This document shows, piece by piece, positions 58,947 through 64,000 of a stretch of DNA of 64,000 nucleotides (within the stretch, counting starts at the first letter, position 1; each line of letters opens with the position of its first letter). The DNA is taken from the IMG/VR virus record IMGVR_UViG_3300031951_000010; one strand, written 5' to 3'. Below the pieces are notes generated by a model. That model was not told the origin of the DNA. It was given only the letters and a program-made list of their open reading frames with translations, and searched no databases. The translations under genes and the position numbers were made by a program. Source of the DNA: a virus.

Positions 58947-59465
58947 TTGTGTGCTTTTAGTATAAGAATGTTTGTGTCACGTTTGCAAAAATATACCCTA
59001 GAGGAGATAAAAGAAATAATATCTAAATCAAAATCTTATGCTGAAGTAATTCGATCTATTGGTTTAATTCCTGCTGGTGGAAATTACAAAACATTGCAAA
59101 GTTTTGTACATGAATACCGAATTGATACTTCGCATTTTCTGGGCTCAGCTTGGGGGCGAGGAAACCAATTGGATTATCTCCACAATAGCAATAGAAAATC
59201 ATTAGAAGATGTTTTTTCGGGAAAAGTAGCTTATAAATCAAGCCATAAATTAAGGCTTCGGCTGATTAAAGAAGGATATTTTGAGCATAAATGCTATAAA
59301 TGTGGACTAAAAGAGTGGCAAGGACACGAAATACCCTTGGAATTAGAGCATATAAATGGAGATCATTGTGATAACAGTCTCGAAAACCTCATTATTCTTT
59401 GCCCCAACTGTCATGCTCAAACAGAAACTTATGCTGGTAAAAACAAAAAAAGACGATTAGGTTAA
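58947..59465 (+). CDS. Free-standing HNH endonuclease
   Basis: CYKC...LELEHINGDHCDNSLENL..LCPNCH. Confidence 0.9.
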   Translation: MCAFSIRMFVSRLQKYTLEEIKEIISKSKSYAEVIRSIGLIPAGGNYKTLQSFVHEYRIDTSHFLGSAWGRGNQLDYLHNSNRKSLEDVFSGKVAYKSSHKLRLRLIKEGYFEHKCYKCGLKEWQGHEIPLELEHINGDHCDNSLENLIILCPNCHAQTETYAGKNKKRRLG

Positions 59466-59505
59466 AAATCCCCTAAATTTTTCTTCAGATTTCGATAAAT
59501 TAATT

Positions 59506-59754
59506 ATGATCGATGACAAAAGAACTTCAGAATGTGTTATTCTTCATATTGAAGTTGATGTTGAGTACCCTGAAGGAATGCATCTTGGGGTTGTTCTATC
59601 TGGTTTGCAAAACAATGCGAAAATTGCCATTACTGAACTTGATGACGATAGGGTCCAAATCACAGCAAATAGAATCACAGCAGTTGAACATTTTGTTACT
59701 GGAGAAATTTTAGAAGATTACCAGTGGAAAAAGAAAAAAGAATCTCCTCGATAA
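59506..59754 (+). CDS. Hypothetical protein
   Basis: Fronted by the promoter motif. Confidence 0.6.
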   Translation: MIDDKRTSECVILHIEVDVEYPEGMHLGVVLSGLQNNAKIAITELDDDRVQITANRITAVEHFVTGEILEDYQWKKKKESPR

Positions 59755-59758
59755 ATGT

Positions 59759-59842
59759 GCCGCAGTGGTGGAATGGTAGACACGGCAAGCTCAAACCTTG
59801 CTGCCGAAAGGCGTGAAGGTTCGAATCCTTTTTGCGGCACCA
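59759..59842 (+). tRNA. tRNA-Leu(CAA)
   Basis: Type II cloverleaf, loop CTCAAAC, CCA. Confidence 0.93.
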
Positions 59843-59910
59843 TATTTTCACATATGCATGACTATGTGAAAAATCCCCTGTTTTCTCTTTCTTGATCGGA
59901 TATATAAATC

Positions 59911-60540
59911 ATGTTTAATATGAATGTGATTCTTTTCAAGAACAATTCTATCGAAGAAAATTATCTTTTCTCTGGTGAAAATTCTGAAGATGTTGCGAAA
60001 AAGGCAGAAAGCAAAATGATTGAAATTCTTCGTTCAGAAATGTCTAACTTTGACGAATACACGTCGGAAGATATTGACAACATTTTGGAAGATGGATATG
60101 AATCCTTTGGAAATGGAGCGGTTTTTATTACGTGGCCTGACATTGTTGATGTTGATAAGGAGATTGATTCGGAAAATAATTTTGTTTTTCGTGGCACTAT
60201 TGAATACTCCATCCCGCACATTGATTCAGAAGTAGTTCGCCTGTGCGCCGCACTAAATGAGCCCATTGAAGTTGGTCTACAGTGGGAATCACATTATCGC
60301 AATGGTAATGGCTACGCTGTCCGCGTTAATGCAGATATCTACTCAGTTGATGAAGAACTTGCTGCCGAGGAATTTAGTGATTATTGGGATTCAGGATGCG
60401 ATGATGAAATTCGCTATTCTGGGGACTACAATTGGTCCCTTTTGGGCAAAGACTATAAAGAGGCCATCAGTATTCTCCAAAAGTATGTTGATGAGCAAAA
60501 GCGTCGTTACCCAGGCTACGATATTAGAATTAGCAAATAA
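59911..60540 (+). CDS. Hypothetical protein
   Basis: Fronted by the promoter motif. Confidence 0.7.
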   Translation: MFNMNVILFKNNSIEENYLFSGENSEDVAKKAESKMIEILRSEMSNFDEYTSEDIDNILEDGYESFGNGAVFITWPDIVDVDKEIDSENNFVFRGTIEYSIPHIDSEVVRLCAALNEPIEVGLQWESHYRNGNGYAVRVNADIYSVDEELAAEEFSDYWDSGCDDEIRYSGDYNWSLLGKDYKEAISILQKYVDEQKRRYPGYDIRISK

Positions 60541-60577
60541 TCCCCTGTTTTCTCTTTCTTGATCGAATATATAAATC

Positions 60578-61000
60578 ATGACAATTGACGGAAAGTTGCT
60601 TAAAAGACTAATGTGTAGCAACGAGGCTTTTGATATTTTGGGTGACATCGTAAGTTGGAATTCTGGAGGTTGCTGGATTCTTGCCGAAGCTCTGCGCCGA
60701 TTCATTGGCGATCAGGCTACTATCGTGGCCATCGCTGATGATCGCTGCCAACACCAACATATTGTCGTGAAAGTGGGGAATTTGTATTATGACGCCGACG
60801 GAGAGTCGAACGAAGGGCGTCTGCTGCATCGCTGGATGGATTATGAACGACTCCGTAATCCTCGAATCGTAGGTTTTGATCCAGAACTGGCCGCTGATTT
60901 AGAAATTCCTTGCGAAGAAGAACTTGTAACGCAAGTCTATAACTTGCTGAACTCGCGTCTGAAAAATCCCCTTTTTTCACAATCGGGAGCGCATATATAA
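60578..61000 (+). CDS. Hypothetical protein
   Basis: GGCWILAEAL...H.VVK....YDADG motif. Confidence 0.7.
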   Translation: MTIDGKLLKRLMCSNEAFDILGDIVSWNSGGCWILAEALRRFIGDQATIVAIADDRCQHQHIVVKVGNLYYDADGESNEGRLLHRWMDYERLRNPRIVGFDPELAADLEIPCEEELVTQVYNLLNSRLKNPLFSQSGAHI

Positions 61001-61003
61001 ATC

Positions 61004-61210
61004 ATGGACCCATTTCTTTTTTATTCTACCTATTTTATCTTGGGACTTGGTTTTATGTTCGCATTGATGGCAATCGGAGCGCATCACTATACCAATGGCC
61101 CATCTCGTGAACAAGAACAAAAACAAAGAATCAAGTTTATTATTCTATCAGTGCTTTTAATAGCTAGTGCAATTTTTCTGGGCCGTTATGCTGCGGGTCT
61201 GCTTTTTTGA
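61004..61210 (+). CDS. Small membrane protein
   Basis: Two TM segments; fronted by the promoter motif. Confidence 0.65.
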   Translation: MDPFLFYSTYFILGLGFMFALMAIGAHHYTNGPSREQEQKQRIKFIILSVLLIASAIFLGRYAAGLLF

Positions 61211-61276
61211 TTTCATTCTCTTGAAATGGTTTTAAAAAATCCCCTTTTTTCAGAAAACCAAATCAATATAAAAAAT

Positions 61277-61597
61277 ATGCGAATTCGACCGCAATCCGAC
61301 CCGAACAAGGAATATCTCATCGACTTTTACTACCCGTATGGGAAGCAAGGACACAAGAAGAAGGGCACCAAGACTGTCTGCACTATCTCTGTCGGCCCTG
61401 TGGGTAGTCTCGACAAGGACAAGACCGAAGTCTCGACCACTACCGTTCGCCGACATAGTACCGATCAGGACAATCTTGTCGTAGCTCGTAATTATGCACT
61501 GGCCAAGGCCCTATCCCCGATTGAAGCTAGTGTCCGACAAGAGATTTGGGAACAGGCTCCGATTCGACGAGCAGACATTTCCCTGGAACTCGACTAA
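61277..61597 (+). CDS. Hypothetical protein
   Basis: Fronted by the promoter motif; terminator-like hairpin at 61615-61648. Confidence 0.65.
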   Translation: MRIRPQSDPNKEYLIDFYYPYGKQGHKKKGTKTVCTISVGPVGSLDKDKTEVSTTTVRRHSTDQDNLVVARNYALAKALSPIEASVRQEIWEQAPIRRADISLELD

Positions 61598-61724
61598 ACT
61601 CCAAAAACATTCTCATTGAGGGAGAATTTAATCCCTCAATGAGAAAAAACAAAAAACTGCTAACAAAAAGCAGGTGATCGTCGTATAATAAGAGAAGAAA
61701 CTGAAAAGCACAAAGAGCTATATT

Positions 61725-61847
61725 ATGAATCATCTCTTATCGACGACAATATGTGGAACAACAGGAACCTCAACAAGAGGAATCCTTTCCCTTGGCGTTA
61801 TCGGCAAGGATAGTGATTCTGATTCAGGAGAACCCATCGAATCGTAG
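61725..61847 (+). CDS. Thr/Gly/Ser-rich attenuator leader peptide (40 aa)
   Basis: MNHLLSTTICGTTGTSTRGILSLGVIGKDSDSDSGEPIES; ACA x4 and GGA x4; end complementary to the terminator arm. Confidence 0.78.
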   Translation: MNHLLSTTICGTTGTSTRGILSLGVIGKDSDSDSGEPIES

Positions 61848-61867
61848 CTTTACTGTGATTACAGAAC

Positions 61868-61908
61868 AAAGAGGCTCGATTCGATAAGATCGAGCCTCTT
61901 TTCTTTTT
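61868..61908 (+). terminator. Attenuator terminator upstream of tRNA-Gly/Ser/Thr
   Basis: 13-bp stem AAAGAGGCTCGAT/ATCGAGCCTCTTT followed by a T-rich tail. Confidence 0.9.
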
Positions 61909-62037
61909 AGATATGATGTCTGGGAAGAGAAAGATCGAATATTGAAAATTTCATACAGGTATAGATATAAAAGTGTTAGGGGGTGTTGGATCGATCTTTG
62001 ATCGCAGGCCTCACCCCCTTGATCGAGACACATTTTC

Positions 62038-62111
62038 GCGAGATTGGTATATGGGTTGTGCCCTAGCCTTCCAAGCTAGAGAAAAGGGTTCGAATCCCTT
62101 ATCTCGCTCCA
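62038..62111 (+). tRNA. tRNA-Gly(TCC)
   Basis: Cloverleaf, loop CTTCCAA, U73, CCA. Confidence 0.93.
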
Positions 62112-62162
62112 ATTTAAGACACATTTCTTTGTGCTGCCAATGGGCAGCTTTCAAAAGAAAAC

Positions 62163-62249
62163 GGATGGGTGACAGAGCGATCTATTGTAGCGGTCTTGAA
62201 AACCGCCGTGCCAAAAGCACCGTGGGTTTGAATCCCACCCCATCCTCCA
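62163..62249 (+). tRNA. tRNA-Ser(TGA)
   Basis: Type II, loop CTTGAAA, CCA; U73 is atypical for Ser. Confidence 0.9.
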
Positions 62250-62276
62250 TTTTGTAACAAAATCATAAAATTCAAA

Positions 62277-62310
62277 GCAGGTGTAGCTCAGTGGTAGAGC
62301 GCCCGCCGCG
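62277..62310 (+). pseudogene. Orphan tRNA 5' half
   Basis: GCAGGTG-TA-GCTC-AGTGGTA-GAGC; acceptor pairs 6/7 with CTCCTGC at 62869-62875. Confidence 0.65.
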
Positions 62311-62347
62311 AAGGTTGATGGTTGCAATATCGATAAATAGATTATGT

Positions 62348-62764
62348 ATGGCAATAACAAAATACAAAGGAGCCGTCGGGCTAACTAATGTAATGGCCTG
62401 TCTTGTCAATCAAAAAGCAAAAATCTTTGTTCCAATAGACGAAGACTGTCAATATGACCTGGTGGTAGATTATCAAAATTATCTTTACAGAGTGCAAGTT
62501 AAATATGCTGAGGCAAAAAATGGCAAGATCGTTGTAAAGACGCGCTCAACGAATAACTATTGTGAAATTCGTTATACTAAAGATCATTTTGACGTGATTG
62601 CTGTTTGGGACAATGTTGGCAAAAAAGCATATTTTATTTCATCGAATTTAATCACAGAAGGAATGACGGAAATGACCTTGAGATTAGATGCACCAAAAAA
62701 CAATCAAACTAAAAACATAAGATTGGCTCGTAATTATGAGCAATTTAATGCTGCGGTCGCATAG
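62348..62764 (+). CDS. PD-(D/E)XK endonuclease (I-Ssp6803I-like)
   Basis: TK.KG...P......YDLVVD....YRVQVK...Y....FD..AV; 3' end overlaps tRNA-Thr. Confidence 0.85.
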   Translation: MAITKYKGAVGLTNVMACLVNQKAKIFVPIDEDCQYDLVVDYQNYLYRVQVKYAEAKNGKIVVKTRSTNNYCEIRYTKDHFDVIAVWDNVGKKAYFISSNLITEGMTEMTLRLDAPKNNQTKNIRLARNYEQFNAAVA

Positions 62765-62832
62765 TGGTCGATTGCACCTCTCTTGTAAAGAGGAACTCCA
62801 CACCGTGGGTTCGAATCCCACCCGTAGCTCCA
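62750..62832 (+). tRNA. tRNA-Thr(TGT)
   Basis: GCTGCGG/CCGTAGC, loop CTTGTAA, CCA; 11-nt variable region. Confidence 0.88.
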
Positions 62833-62845
62833 TTTTTCGCACATA

Positions 62846-62876
62846 TGTGTCAGGGGTTCGAATCCCCTCTCCTGCT
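62846..62876 (+). pseudogene. Orphan tRNA 3' half
   Basis: TGTC-AGGGG-TTCGAAT-CCCCT-CTCCTGC-T. Confidence 0.65.
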
Positions 62877-62946
62877 TTGAGTTGAGTGATGATATCCGAT
62901 CATAAAAAATCCCCCTTTTTCTCAATAGTGATCGGATATATAAAGT

Positions 62947-63545
62947 ATTGCTGTGAGCTAAATCAATTGACACAGCATGATGAAACCAAAATCATCTAAA
63001 AACAATAAGGTGCTCCATATACGTCTGGGAAAGATAAATTAGACGTGGACACACTGTGATGTGGACTAATCACAGCGCACTGGGGCATGTGTGCAAGCCC
63101 GAAAAGCCTATCTTTACTGATATAGTTAAAGAGAAAGAGCAGAGAGTTAAGGCTTAAAATAAACTCCATGCGTTCGTAAGGATGAACTCAAAGACGAGTT
63201 CAGTTATGACTAGGATACGAGAGGAGGGAGGCAATGAGTTTCTCTCCTCTCCCCGACAAAGCGATTTCCGACTGCTCATCGGAGAAGTGATCTAGTAAAA
63301 CACTCAGAAAAACACTAGCGTAGGAAATGCGTTAATCCCTGATTTTTTATCGGTTTTTAGAGACAAAAAACTGTTCGTATAGGGCTTGCGGTAAGCCTCT
63401 TGTTTTAGCTAGGTGATCCTGTATGTAAAAACCAAGCGGATGGAACAAATCAATTTGTTTTCGCGAGCAAATGATCCATTGACTTTGGGGAACAGCGTAA
63501 GAACGTTTCGCCATGAGGCTTTGAGCAAAGTCTCGTTCCCCAAAA
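62947..63545 (+). ncRNA. Large (~600 nt) highly structured ncRNA
   Basis: Own promoter motif whose +1 is not an ATG; no credible ORF; more than 12 consecutive hairpins; ends GGGGAAC...GTTCCCC before tRNA-Asp. Confidence 0.7.
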
Positions 63546-63558
63546 ATAAAAAGATTCT

Positions 63559-63635
63559 GGGTATGTAGTTCAGTTGGTTAGAGCACCTGCCTGTCACGCA
63601 GGAAGTCGCGAGTTCAAGTCTCGTCATATCCGCCA
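63559..63635 (+). tRNA. tRNA-Asp(GTC)
   Basis: Canonical cloverleaf, loop CTGTCAC, G73, CCA. Confidence 0.95.
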
Positions 63636-63655
63636 AAATTTCCAAAGGAGACAAA

Positions 63656-63871
63656 ATGAATAGACAAATAGAAAGCCTCGATCATCTGGTGTCTCTTGGG
63701 CTACTGACATCATATGAGTTTGTAAACGTGTCAGCCAATAACATTGAGGGCGAGATTTCAGAACATCATAATTCTGATCGATTGAAACTCATATTCCCGA
63801 ATGGGTTGGAAGTGAAGATCACTGCGATCACAACAGGCATGGAAGAAGATGCTCTTTTGAGATTGGAATAA
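63656..63871 (+). CDS. Hypothetical protein
   Basis: GGAG SD; 71 aa. Confidence 0.6.
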   Translation: MNRQIESLDHLVSLGLLTSYEFVNVSANNIEGEISEHHNSDRLKLIFPNGLEVKITAITTGMEEDALLRLE

Positions 63872-64000
63872 AAATCCCCCATTTTCAGAAGAGTGATCGG
63901 ATATAAGAAGTATGGAAGCAAAGATTTATCGCCAGGCTCATCCCCAGGATGAAAATCGTCTTTCTGTTGCCGCTGATATTTTTGCACGGCGGCACCGCCT

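Larger units (their letters stand above)
22845..63911 (+). promoter_or_regulatory. Dispersed ~42-nt promoter-like repeat (about 35-40 copies by hand count)
   Basis: AAAAATCCCC-N~14-GATCGGATATATAAA-NN-ATG; ATG exactly 42 nt from the motif start at 31558, 32085, 36138, 40193, 41163, 58011, 59911. Confidence 0.9.

Noticed and set aside
56102-62973. ORF-track entries overlapping tRNAs (56102..56362, 61973..62257, 62151..62360, 62734..62973)
   Set aside because: These are shadow translations of tRNA genes.
63409-63654. 81-aa minus-strand ORF
   Set aside because: Antisense to tRNA-Asp and the structured ncRNA.

Overview
This is a 64 kb segment of a large (jumbo-like) tailed phage genome, with no capsid or terminase module in the window. 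It has dense short ORFs, rIIA/rIIB, two sigma factors, RNA-repair and NAD/alarmone enzymes, a GH108 lysozyme, several homing endonucleases, a tnpB-only IS200/IS605 element and about 10 tRNA or tRNA-like genes. From about 22.8 kb onward most genes sit behind their own copy of a 42-nt promoter-like motif (AAAAATCCCC...GATCGGATATATAAA-NN-ATG), which implies leaderless transcripts. The main discovery is that three tRNA operons are each preceded by a dedicated promoter variant, a short leader ORF enriched in the codons read by the downstream tRNAs (Met/Asn; Leu; Thr/Gly/Ser), an intrinsic terminator, and an antiterminator strand overlapping the end of the leader. This is the architecture of ribosome-mediated attenuation, here controlling phage tRNA supply. 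Also present are non-canonical tRNA-like RNAs, a ~600-nt highly structured ncRNA, three dispersed promoter-sRNA-terminator cassettes, a group I intron tRNA-Leu and a split tRNA. All calls come from manual reading; no database searches were run.
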